From positions 80,538,001-80,602,000 of the forward strand of contig NC_043003.1 in assembly GCF_006345805.1 (NCBI RefSeq): a stretch of 64,000 nt of DNA. The letters run 5' to 3'. Under the pieces are notes generated by a model. It had not been told where the DNA came from, did not search any database, and was given only the letters and a program-made list of their open reading frames with translations. Shown here one piece after another: positions 52,083 to 63,451 of the stretch (positions are counted from its first letter, which is position 1; every line of letters starts with the position of its first letter). Both the position numbers and the translations under genes were made by a program. The DNA comes from Octopus sinensis (Eukaryota).

Positions 52083-52530
52083 AGCTCTCGGGACAGATAA
52101 TTACACGAGGCATATCCAATCTTGCCAAGTCAATATCTGACCTAAAATTTTCAAATCGTCGCACTCGCGCCAAATTTATCGGCAGCAAATAAATATCAGC
52201 CGTCGATTCCATTACGGAATTAACCAAAAAATTCATAATTAATCAATATAGGGTGGCAAGGAAAATTTTGTAGAATTTTATTGCCACCAGCGGCCCAGCG
52301 GGAAAAAAATTAAATAGTCATAGACCATTTTTAAGTTCAACATTAACAATTAAGGAACGGCCATAATAGGCCATTCACCCACTAGAAATAACAGCCAAAG
52401 CTTCTACCGCAAATAAAGATCAATTCCGTAAACAGGAGAAAATTAAAAAAACATTTACCCTGTAATTTTAGGTCAGATATTGACTTGGCAAGATTGGATA
52501 TGCCTCGTGTAATTATCTGTCCCGAGAGCT

Positions 52531-52637
52531 ATTTCTTGCTGATGAATCCGAGGGCTTATGGAAGATTGGCTTGATTTAATTTAATTAGGTTGGTTTACCA
52601 TTAAACAACGGATGAAACGGTATACCGTACAAGAAAT
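52531..52637 (+). ncRNA. Type I hammerhead ribozyme (array copy 3)
   Basis: Stem I ATTTCTTG(52531-38)/CAAGAAAT(52630-37), core CTGATGA 52539-45, stem II ATCCG/CGGAT, GAAA 52614-17, stem III palindrome ACGGTATACCGT, GUA triplet with predicted cut after 52629. Confidence 0.88.
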
Positions 52638-53019
52638 TACAGGGTAAATGTTTTTTTAATTTTCTCCTGTTTACGGAATTGATCTTTATTTGCGGTAGAA
52701 GCTTTGGCTGTTATTTCTAGTGGGTGAATGGCCTATTATGGCCGTTCCTTAATTGTTAATGTTGAACTTAAAAATGGTCTATGACTATTTAATTTTTTTC
52801 CCGCTGGGCCGCTGGTGGCAATAAAATTCTACAAAATTTTCCTTGCCACCCTATATTGATTAATTATGAATTTTTTGGTTAATTCCGTAATGGAATCGAC
52901 GGCTGATATTTATTTGCTGCCGATAAATTTGGCGCGAGTGCGACGATTTGAAAATTTTAGGTCAGATATTGACTTGGCAAGATTGGATATGCCTCGTGTA
53001 ATTATCTGTCCCGAGAGCT

Positions 53020-53126
53020 ATTTCTTGCTGATGAATCCGAGGGCTTATGGAAGATTGGCTTGATTTAATTTAATTAGGTTGGTTTACCATTAAACAACGG
53101 ATGAAACGGTATACCGTACAAGAAAT
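53020..53126 (+). ncRNA. Type I hammerhead ribozyme (array copy 4)
   Basis: Same motif; core 53028-34, predicted cut after 53118. Confidence 0.88.
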
Positions 53127-53508
53127 TACAGGGTAAATGTTTTTTTAATTTTCTCCTGTTTACGGAATTGATCTTTATTTGCGGTAGAAGCTTTGGCTGT
53201 TATTTCTAGTGGGTGAATGGCCTATTATGGCCGTTCCTTAATTGTTAATGTTGAACTTAAAAATGGTCTATGACTATTTAATTTTTTTCCCGCTGGGCCG
53301 CTGGTGGCAATAAAATTCTACAAAATTTTCCTTGCCACCCTATATTGATTAATTATGAATTTTTTGGTTAATTCCGTAATGGAATCGACGGCTGATATTT
53401 ATTTGCTGCCGATAAATTTGGCGCGAGTGCGACGATTTGAAAATTGTAGGTCAGATATTGACTTGGCAAGATTGGATATGCCTCGTGTAATTATCTGTCC
53501 CGAGAGCT

Positions 53509-53615
53509 ATTTCTTGCTGATGAATCCGAGGGCTTATGGAAGATTGGCTTGATTTAATTTAATTAGGTTGGTTTACCATTAAACAACGGATGAAACGGTA
53601 TACCGTACAAGAAAT
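53509..53615 (+). ncRNA. Type I hammerhead ribozyme (array copy 5)
   Basis: Same motif; core 53517-23, predicted cut after 53607. Confidence 0.88.
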
Positions 53616-53996
53616 TACAGGGTAAATGTTTTTTTAATTTTCTCCTGTTTACGGAATTGATCTTTATTTGCGGTAGAAGCTTTGGCTGTTATTTCTAGTG
53701 GGTGAATGGCCTATTATGGCCGTTCCTTAATTGTTAATGTTGAACTTAAAAATGGTCTATGACTATTTAATTTTTTTCCCGCTGGGCCGCTGGTGGCAAT
53801 AAAATTCTACAAAATTTTCCTTGCCACCCTATATTGATTAATTATGAATTTTTTGGTTAATTCCGTAATGGAATCGACGGCTGATATTTATTTGCTGCCG
53901 ATAAATTGGCGCGAGTGCGACGATTTGAAAATTTTAGGTCAGATATTGACTTGGCAAGATTGGATATGCCTCGTGTAATTATCTGTCCCGAGAGCT

Positions 53997-54103
53997 ATTT
54001 CTTGCTGATGAATCCGAGGGCTTATGGAAGATTGGCTTGATTTAATTTAATTAGGTTGGTTTACCATTAAACAACGGATGAAACGGTATACCGTACAAGA
54101 AAT
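53997..54103 (+). ncRNA. Type I hammerhead ribozyme (array copy 6)
   Basis: Same motif; core 54005-11, predicted cut after 54095. Confidence 0.88.
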
Positions 54104-54485
54104 TACAGGGTAAATGTTTTTTTAATTTTCTCCTGTTTACGGAATTGATCTTTATTTGCGGTAGAAGCTTTGGCTGTTATTTCTAGTGGGTGAATGGCCT
54201 ATTATGGCCGTTCCTTAATTGTTAATGTTGAACTTAAAAATGGTCTATGACTATTTAATTTTTTTCCCGCTGGGCCGCTGGTGGCAATAAAATTCTACAA
54301 AATTTTCCTTGCCACCCTATATTGATTAATTATGAATTTTTTGGTTAATTCCGTAATGGAATCGACGGCTGATATTTATTTGCTGCCGATAAATTTGGCG
54401 CGAGTGCGACGATTTGAAAATTTTAGGTCAGATATTGACTTGGCAAGATTGGATATGCCTCGTGTAATTATCTGTCCCGAGAGCT

Positions 54486-54592
54486 ATTTCTTGCTGATGA
54501 ATCCGAGGGCTTATGGAAGATTGGCTTGATTTAATTTAATTAGGTTGGTTTACCATTAAACAACGGATGAAACGGTATACCGTACAAGAAAT
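54486..54592 (+). ncRNA. Type I hammerhead ribozyme (array copy 7)
   Basis: Same motif; core 54494-500, predicted cut after 54584. Confidence 0.88.
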
Positions 54593-55416
54593 TACAGGGT
54601 AAATGTTTTTTTAATTTTCTCCTGTTTACGGAATTGATCTTTATTTGCGGTAGAAGCTTTGGCTGTTATTTCTAGTGGGTGAATGGCCTATTATGGCCGT
54701 TCCTTAATTGTTAATATATATATATACATATACTAATGGTAGAGAGAGAAGGATTTAGAAATGACACTAAAACATTTAGAGAAATGTCAGTTTACTACTT
54801 TACATTCTCAGAATGTTGTAACTAATGGGAAGAAAAAAGTATAAACGAAAATCACCAGGATAAAAATAAAAATATAAAACAAATAAGGGCAAGGATCGAC
54901 GCTGATCAAATAATGTATTTTCGTGATTTTCGCTCCATTTTTATGTTTATTTTTATATTCTACGATGAACGTATTCACCTCATGACCTCAATGATACTTT
55001 TCTCCTGATTCACAGTTTTTCATTTGTGACATTTGTGTTATCTAGATTCATTAAATATTTTCTTCAGATTTAATCCCTCAAACATTCTGATGACTAATAT
55101 TTTGCTTAGTACTTTTACTAAGTTTGAACTTATGGAAACCATAATAAATAATGTTTTTAGCTCTACTCCTCGCTACTTCTGTGATAGTGAAACGATGCCC
55201 TAAAGAGTTAATATGTTCTCTATTTGTCACAAGTTACCACTTGGTGGCAATGGTGTGTTGTAAAATACATTTGATTCTCCTTTCAACTAATACATAAATA
55301 TTAACCACAGACGGATGATAGCCAAAGTAAAGCTGGGTGGTATAAAACATCAGAACGAAAATCAAACGCAGCAAAATCAGACATTAAAACTGTTCATAGA
55401 GATAATTCAGCCAGCC

Positions 55417-55466
<50 letters not shown>

Positions 55467-56752
55467 TATAAAGACGAAATAAGCATCATTTGGACTTTCA
55501 GTAAACAAGGTGAACATCGTTGTCTGAAAGGTTCTTAATGTCAGGAATTACGAGATACTTTTCTACAACAAGATGCGTAGCAAAGTATAAGATTGGAAAA
55601 GAATTGATAAAAAACATTTTTCTTCATGTGTTTACCACAGAAACACATCTATTGATTTGTTTAACACATATGCAGCATATAAGCCACCCTGTATATTTCT
55701 TTCACTCAGTACCTACCATACTAATATGGTGGTCAGTACTCTTTTTTAATGAGTGCAAGCATATCAATCAAAAATAAAATTATTGGCATTTTCTGGTACA
55801 AAGAAAAAAAATCTTAATCTCAATTTACAAGGCGGTGTTCTTGGCTTGTTTACCAATTTCCTTCGTTTTGACAGTTATTTATTTCATTTATTTACTTGAT
55901 TTTATCTTTGTGCATTTGTTTATTTTGCAAATGGCATAATCATATCTGTTAACAAGCATGTCCTACCGTCAAGTTACTCTGAAATCTGGTCGATATATAC
56001 AGAGAAATCGCAAAATTCAGTGACATCTTCAATATCCGTTACTGGATAAGTTCGTATTTCTTTCCATTGTGTCGATAATACTCTACGTATTCCATACTCT
56101 ATGCGTGTTCTATATCTATTTGATTTGTATGTTATATTTATATATGTCTAAGTTCTATGATTTGTTTTCTCTTTTGTACAACTTTGAAAACCTGTTTTAG
56201 TAATCACAGCGCAACAGTGCCCAGGAAATTGCTTCTACATTCAATATATACGTTCTGTATATTTTTACTAAATGTAGTTCTTTTTAGATAATATATAAGC
56301 TGTTTTTATACCATTGCCTCATCTAAGGAGACAGTTTTATAAGCTTTAGAAATAACTTCCATCGTAGACACAAAAACCTAACTATCTGAAGATGGGCTCA
56401 ATCAACAAAATAAACACTGGTAATTGACTAGCATTTACCTTATCGAGCCCCAGAAGGATGAAGTATGAAGACACTACTAGCAGGCTTTGAACTTCAGACG
56501 TAAATGTACATAACTAAATACCACAAAGCATACTATCCACCTCTCTATTAATTTTGACATCCATTACCTACAAAGCTTCTAAGATTAATATGAAATCTGT
56601 TGCTATGTTTGAAGTCTATCAGAGCAAAGTTTATCTTATAATGTCTTGATTCATGGCTGAGTTATCTCCACAGGCATAGTATTATTTCATTGTTTTTTTC
56701 TTGTAATAGAGATTTGCTTTCTCATTTTTCAATTATATTTTACGTGACTTAC

Positions 56753-56813
56753 CTGGCTTTTACAACTTGGACCTATTTGTGCATCCTCATTTGTTTTATA
56801 TTTGTCCAATGCC
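56753..56813 (-). CDS. Internal coding exon, 61 nt, phase 2-0 (ALDKYKTNEDAQIGPSCKSQ)
   Basis: Acceptor ATTATTTTATATCTACAG| and donor CAG|GTAAGT. Phases fit both neighbours. Confidence 0.68.
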
Positions 56814-58551
56814 CTGTAGATATAAAATAATGTATTTTTTGATCGTCTTTCTGCACTGTTATTATATTTTGATATTACTCTCTTTTTCTGCTTAATCTTG
56901 TCCCTTTTTACTATGTTTCAAGTCACTGAACTGCTTACCTATTTACCTGTCCACCTACCGCATTAAGACTAGCAAAAAGTATGCAACAACATTTACTGAT
57001 AGTGTACTCTAAATGCTGTCGATATATTACATGTTTATTTTCTTATCCTTTGTTATATATTTAGTGTTTAGGAAAACATATACCAAATACGATATTATTT
57101 CAGAGAATTTTATTTTAAAACGTCACGGAATTGTAATAGTACAATGTTACTCAAGAAAGTGGGTTGTTCAATTTGCTAACATAGTTTCTGTGAAGCACAA
57201 AAGCACCCAGTGCTCCAGGTTGCCACTTAAGATACGCATTCTCATCTAAACGTTTCAATAGATCAAACATTTGCCCGGAGATGACTGGGGAACTAATAAG
57301 CATCGACAATGTTGAATGGTAAGCAACACAGGCAACACTGCATGGTTAAAAGATAGAAACAACACTCTGTGGATGAGTGGCATAGGCAAATCTATGAGTT
57401 TAAGCGGTGAAAGCGAATCTGTTTACTTAAGATAAGCATAGCCATCAACTGAAAAAGTTTGCTTTGTTACGACGTTGTTTCGAATTCCACTGCGCAGTAT
57501 CTTTGGCCTGTTATGTTTGCCAGGGTATAGAACCAACCAACGCATTGTAAGCGTAGTTTGAAGTTTGGAAGATAGAAGCTGTTTTGAAGCTAATTTGTGT
57601 GGTTGGTTCATTTCGGGAATGCTAGACTTAATCTGCTCCTAGATTTAGCACCAAACACTCTCCCTTAAATGTAGTTAGCGCTTTGTTGGAATCATTTCCT
57701 TCACAACTTTTGCCTGAGAATCACTTCTGCAATTTACACCACGTTCAAAGACCTTCATCCTGGGCGCTTCCAGTCTCACATACACTAAATCAGTAAAACA
57801 GTGCCAGACATACTATTGAAGTAAATTTAATGCCACAATCGATCGCCAAAATATTCTGCAAAAGAAGCTTTATATCATTGACTCTTCTAGTAACACTCAG
57901 TAATAAGCAAATTGCATTATTCATAAAACCCCATTAGTAATGATGTAAGTACCATTAATAATAATATTAACATAACTATACGTAGTCATAGAATTTATCA
58001 GATTCTTACTTTCCAACAGTCTACAATTGCCAGTAAGTAAAATATTCTTTGTTTACTAAACAGTAAAATAATATACACTTAATCTAAGGCGAATTTATTC
58101 TCTGATACTTCAGAACATGCTTGATGATATATGAATCCAAATTATGTAATCATTGGCAGCATCTCAAGGTCTGCGGTCTTAAATCCTATTGTAGTGAAGG
58201 TGGAAGGTACGTTACATATACATGCACATATGCAAATTAGGATTTAATATCCATTGAACTATAACCTACCCTGTATAGTTGCTCTTCAGCTAAAAAGATG
58301 ACAACGACATAGTTGTTACTCGATTACCCAGGTTCCTACACACAACCCGCAAGATCGCACGCTAAACATTTAAAAGAAGAGAACATGGAATTATATGGTT
58401 GTAGATACACTCGCAATGGGGGAAACAATGTTAAATAATCAAAAGCCTAACCACCTTTCCCTTATTGACTTGAGCTCTCCGAGCTAAATACACTTGAATC
58501 AATACTCTACTACTATATCTTAACGTGATATTTCCACCTTGAAAACCTTAC

Positions 58552-58640
58552 GTAAAACCCACGCTGTTCTTCAGTTTGTTTTCATGGATGTCTGATACCC
58601 TGAATCGTCTACACGATTCATTTTGTCTATATATTGTCAC
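58552..58640 (-). CDS. Internal coding exon, 89 nt, phase 0-2 (VTIYRQNESCRRFRVSDIHENKLKNSVGF)
   Basis: Acceptor CAG| and donor TAC|GTAAGG. Only one frame is open and it joins 56813 in frame. Confidence 0.6.
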
Positions 58641-58775
58641 CTGTTTTTGGCAAGCAGTTGTTTATATGATTTAGTAAAATTTACTGCGATTTTCAATGTA
58701 ACTGTGAGAGTCTATCACTGGATAACCGAAACAGTATTTTATAACAGAGTTTTCTAATATTTTCTGCTTTTTTAC

Positions 58776-58852
58776 GAGAACAGTGAAATAGAAGAACGTC
58801 GGATGGAACGGAAACACATATTTAGCTTCGTTCTTCAACATCTTGAGCCCAA
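58776..58852 (-). CDS. Candidate internal exon, 77 nt, phase 1-0 (GLKMLKNEAKYVFPFHPTFFYFTVL)
   Basis: Acceptor CTCGCTTTAG| and donor CTC|GTAAAA. A single open frame fits 58640. Confidence 0.45.
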
Positions 58853-59722
58853 CTAAAGCGAGTTACTTATAAATAATTCTTCTTAAATGCACTCGGACTC
58901 TTTTCTCTCGCTTCAAAACATTCATCCTTTTTCAAAATCACAAGTTAGTATTTTCTACTCAGTTTTGTGTGTGGATGACTGAATCGAAAGAAAAACTGAA
59001 AATCTGTCTTAGTACATTTAACCAAATATCTTTGCAAAGTGAGGTTAAGTCCATTTGCGGTCGATTTGACTTATTCCCCACCTGTATTAGTAAAACAGTG
59101 CCAGACATATTATTGAAGTAAATTTAATGGTTTGCTACCGTTGACAAAACACACGACCTCACACGCATTTTATTAATCAATACTGGTTCTTCCATTGTAT
59201 GTATGTAGGAGGCTTTCAAGATGTCCGTAATTCTATTCCATGGACAACTCTGATTTCTGAGTAAAATTATTTCAGTTCATTTAGTAAATTAATGTCATTG
59301 AAAAAGGCATGAACACCACGCATATTTATTCCCTAAACTATATCTAAATAAAAAATCAATATATTTTCACTTCCAAATGGTTTATATATACGTTACATAT
59401 ACAGACAATCTAATAATTAAGAGGCGAATTACCACATCTTTTAAAACGCTTGTCTATTTTGATAATTCCATGTGTAGCAATTACTATCGTTTAATTTCCC
59501 TGTAGTTTTATAGCATATAGTCTTCTTTTACACCGTATTTAACGCAACATTCACCCGAGAAACCATTTCAATACGACAACATTAATCTATGTAATATTGT
59601 TATATGAAGCTATAGACCGTTAATTATATTTTATAATGCTTTATTATGTATGATCATATTATGTGCATTTAATGTATACATACATATATACAGACATATA
59701 TATGTGTCTATGTATATTTTTA

Positions 59723-59767
<45 letters not shown>

Positions 59768-61167
59768 TATATATATATGTTCATACATACATATATGTAT
59801 AAACATATACTATATTATATATTTCAATAATCTGTTAATAGGTTTTTATTATATTCTTAACTCTAAGAGCTGGTCTCTGTTCTGCAAGTAATGACCAATT
59901 TATTGACATTAGAGAAATCTATTCTTATATCGTATGCTCTTAGTATTACAACGGTTTTCCCTACCATTCCTGACGTGTTTTATTCATCATAATTTTGTAG
60001 TTATTTTACACAATTATCAAGAATAAATGCATTACTAAAAAAAGGTGAAGAACCTGACTAAATTTCTTAAGCTATACAAATCAGTGTCCTGCTTTTATAC
60101 TTCCAGATACCAGTTGGATCAGATGCTGGATACTGGATACTGGATACCAGTTACGAAATATTTATCTTATTCCATTAAAAGAGGCCATGGTAACATTATA
60201 TGTTGCATACACGAGAAACTACACTAGTCATCTTTTAAAAGAAATATAAACTATCACCACACATAACGAAACATCAATTTAGCACTTAACACTTAATACA
60301 TAAGGTGATATACAATATAATTTATCAAACTTTTAACACATTTGAAGTCTGACAGATTTGTTTCTAATATTACATCATCGTGATCTGACGTTTTCATATA
60401 TTTTCTTACTGGCTTCAGTCATTCAACTCTGTATATGCTTGGGCAACGTTTTAACTATTTAGTTAAACATATCAAACCAAGTACTTTTTACAGTCCTCAA
60501 CTTATTTTATTTCCTGTATTAATCGAAAGTAAAAAATATGAAATATAACGTAGTGTAAAGAAAGCAACACCGGTTTACTTAAATGTAGCGAAATTTAGCG
60601 ACTCAGACATAGTTACACATGCGCACGCATATGTACTGGAAGACATACATGCACACATGCATAACATTCATACAGATATGTTTATGTAAATGATGCCGTG
60701 GTCCGAAACAAGACTAATACTTAAGAGTAACTATATCAGGTAACAGTACTGTGTAGGATTTAACCACAGAGCATTTTAAGAATATAATGTAAGCACAAAC
60801 AACCGGACGCAATGGTCGTGACGAGAAAAAAAAAACTATAGCCCGTTGCTGACATAGTTGCTCAGCAAGTGACAACATTGAGTAAAGTTTATCTTTTAGT
60901 TATTCCAGACATTAGACTGCAGCCATGCTGAAGATACACATGCACGCCCCCCCCCCCACACACACACACATACACGCTTATGTACATGCGACGGGCTTCT
61001 TCTGCTTCCGCCTACCAAATCTATTCAGAAGGATTTAGTCTGCTCGAAGCTAGAGTAGAAGACACTTACCCAAGTTAACACGCACTGAGACTGAACGCAG
61101 AGCCATGTGGTCGGAATCAAGCTTTATAGTACGAAACCACGGCTGCGTTTAGTAGAATAGAAAACAT

Positions 61168-61400
61168 AAGGCGGTGAGCTGGCAGAAACGTTAGCAAGGC
61201 GGGTGAAACGCTTAGCAGTATTTTTTCTGCCGGTACGTTCTGAGTTAAAATTCCGCCGAGGTCGACTTTGCCTTTCATCATTTCGGGGTCGATAAATTAA
61301 GTACCAGCTGCGTACTGGGGTGGATGTAATCGACTTAATCCCTTTGTCTGTCCTTGTTTGTCCTCTCTGTGTGTAGTCCTTTGTGGGCAGTAAAGAAATA
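61168..61400 (+). mobile_element. Full-length SINE (family of 261-493) with 14-bp TSD
   Basis: AGAATAGAAAACAT at 61154-61167 and 61401-61414. Confidence 0.9.
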
Positions 61401-61980
61401 AGAATAGAAAACATTTACACTGAAATGGTGGGATAATCTGCAGTTACTCCACTTGAACTATAAATTTTATTGTCAAAGTGTGGAAAAACATTCATGAACT
61501 GTTATTTATATAGATATGTATATAAATATATATGTACATGTTTACTCGTGTTCATACAAGTGTAAACATATGTATGTATATAAGACTACTTGCTTGATGT
61601 CTGAAATCTTATCAAACGGTTTTGTTTCTGGTTTAAAAACTGGGGCTGTCTTACTGAGTGAGAAACTCCGAACTTAAGCCCTATAACGGGTATACATATT
61701 GTCGTCGTTTAAGGCTGTTTCTAGTGTTCGAGAATTTCAGTGTCACTTTGTTGAAGGAAATATCAGAAAGAAGAAGTTTCAATGGCATCATTCTGTTTAG
61801 GCTGGTTCTCAACGTGCCAGTGATTAACGCTCATGTTTTGATTTCTGGATCATTCTCTGCTGCTCATGCGAAAAAGAGACAGGCAGTAACGGATGATGAA
61901 ACTGCATCCAGCTGTTGCCAACAAGGCTGTAATGTCTAGAGGGGCATTCTTGCCTCGTAGGGCTAATGTTGTCCACCTAC

Positions 61981-62054
61981 CTTGTCAAATTTTATTACGA
62001 GATAATGCTTTTTTGGGCTCCATCCGCTCGCTCCCACATGGTGGGGTTGTGGTG
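61981..62054 (-). CDS. Candidate exon, 74 nt, phase 1-0 (PQPHHVGASGWSPKKHYLVIKFDK)
   Basis: Acceptor ACACTTTAAG| and donor AAG|GTAGGT in a locally GC-richer region. Its link to downstream exons is unresolved. Confidence 0.35.
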
Positions 62055-63451
62055 CTTAAAGTGTGGTTGGTTGCGCCTGGATTCCCTTCTCCGTTATTGA
62101 TACTATGTGTGCTTCCCATGAGAGTACTAAATTGCCGTAAGTAACGCCATCAATGTTAATGGCTCATGCAAGCCCACACCAGCAGAGATTAAAAAAAACT
62201 ATTGCGGATATATCTACATGTCTCTGTCTGTTTGTTTGTATCTCAGTTTGTGTGTCTATGTGTCTGTCTATCTATCAATCTATGTATATTTCTTTCTTTC
62301 TTTCTTTCTATCTGTCTGCCTGTCTGTCTATTTATCCCTCTCTATCTCTAACTACCTATCTATCTACCTATCTATCTATCTTTCTATCTATCTATCTATC
62401 TATCTATCTATGGAACATACATCGTAAATATATATGTACACATGCACCTGCTCACGCACTTACAAACACACATATACATAGCACATATACAGTCACAGTG
62501 CTACTAGATTTCAGGCACATAGTACTGGTCAACTCAGACTTACGGAAGGATTTTTTAAAAGGGCGACTCAACTTTAAATTCGAGAAAGCATATCTTCTAG
62601 ATGATCAATGACTTCTAGATGATTTAATAACCACGTCTTCTAAATGATCAGCAAGGAATCATCCAATAGCTAACACACATTAAACCAACTTTCTTTTTCT
62701 ATTTGACTTCAGTTATGGAGTGTCAACTTCACACCTGAACATGGATTCTAAAACTTTGCATTGTGAGGTTAGACAGTGAATACTACAACTCCATGCAGTA
62801 ATCAAGACATAATTAGCTAAGTATGAACTTGATAATGGGACTGATTTAGAGAAGACGTTTCTTGTCTATTTCTTTAATGAGCCCGTTGTCAATATACATT
62901 CCGACATTATTTTTGCGAAATCTGTACCAAGATTTGTAGCAAATGCAGCTGCAACAAAGACGACGGCAATGAAACATAATTGCGTCACATGATGATACCC
63001 CAGTCGGTAGAAACGGAAATAAAATATTTATCTAAGAAAAGCTGGAAGACTTGTAGTCAGCAATGTGAGAGAAATAACAGATGCTATAATAGCAAGAAGG
63101 ATGTTTAAACGAAGGCTGAAATCACATGAAGGTCCTGAAATGTTAAATAGTTCTCTGTGTGCGTGCAGCATGAGGTGACGAAATTGATAGTCACTAAATG
63201 ATAGAAGATTAAGACGTGGTGATAAGGATGCAGGGGCATCGATGGGTTTCTAGATACTAAGTGCACATAAAGATCTTGCTGGAATCCAAGAATTGGTCTG
63301 TTTCTTGGACTATGCGTAAACGCAAGTGCTCGTAAAGAGCTGTGTCCAGACACTACGCTTTTGGAAGAACAAACTAAATCAGAGCTTACTTATATGCAGG
63401 GATGAAGATTTACTGTTGCTACCGAAACTTTCATTATTGTTGTGCACAACA

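Larger units (their letters stand above)
51257..54715. mobile_element. 489-bp tandem array of HHR-containing units in two head-to-head blocks (retrozyme-like or Penelope pLTR concatemer)
   Basis: Minus-sense block 51257-52468 (about 2.5 units) and plus-sense block 52464-54715 (about 4.6 units). Period 488-489 bp, units nearly identical, (TA)n on both flanks, seven HHRs. Confidence 0.92.

Noticed and set aside
51551-54529. 65-aa ORF MNFLVNSVMESTADIYLL... repeated in the array units
   Set aside because: Its recurrence only reflects unit identity. No recognisable domain, and it overlaps the ribozyme core. Not called as a gene without ribosome profiling or conservation in diverged units.
58552-58852. 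Resemblance of YFTVLVTIYRQNESCRRFRVSD to the CFAP20/DUF667 motif [22 protein letters not shown]
   Set aside because: Short by-eye similarity with no match in the flanking sequence. It needs an HMM search, so no gene symbol was assigned.
61860-61960. KKR...CCQQGC resembling an insulin A chain in ORF 61658-61939
   Set aside because: A stop follows two codons after the third Cys, the fourth Cys is missing, and there is no B chain or signal peptide.
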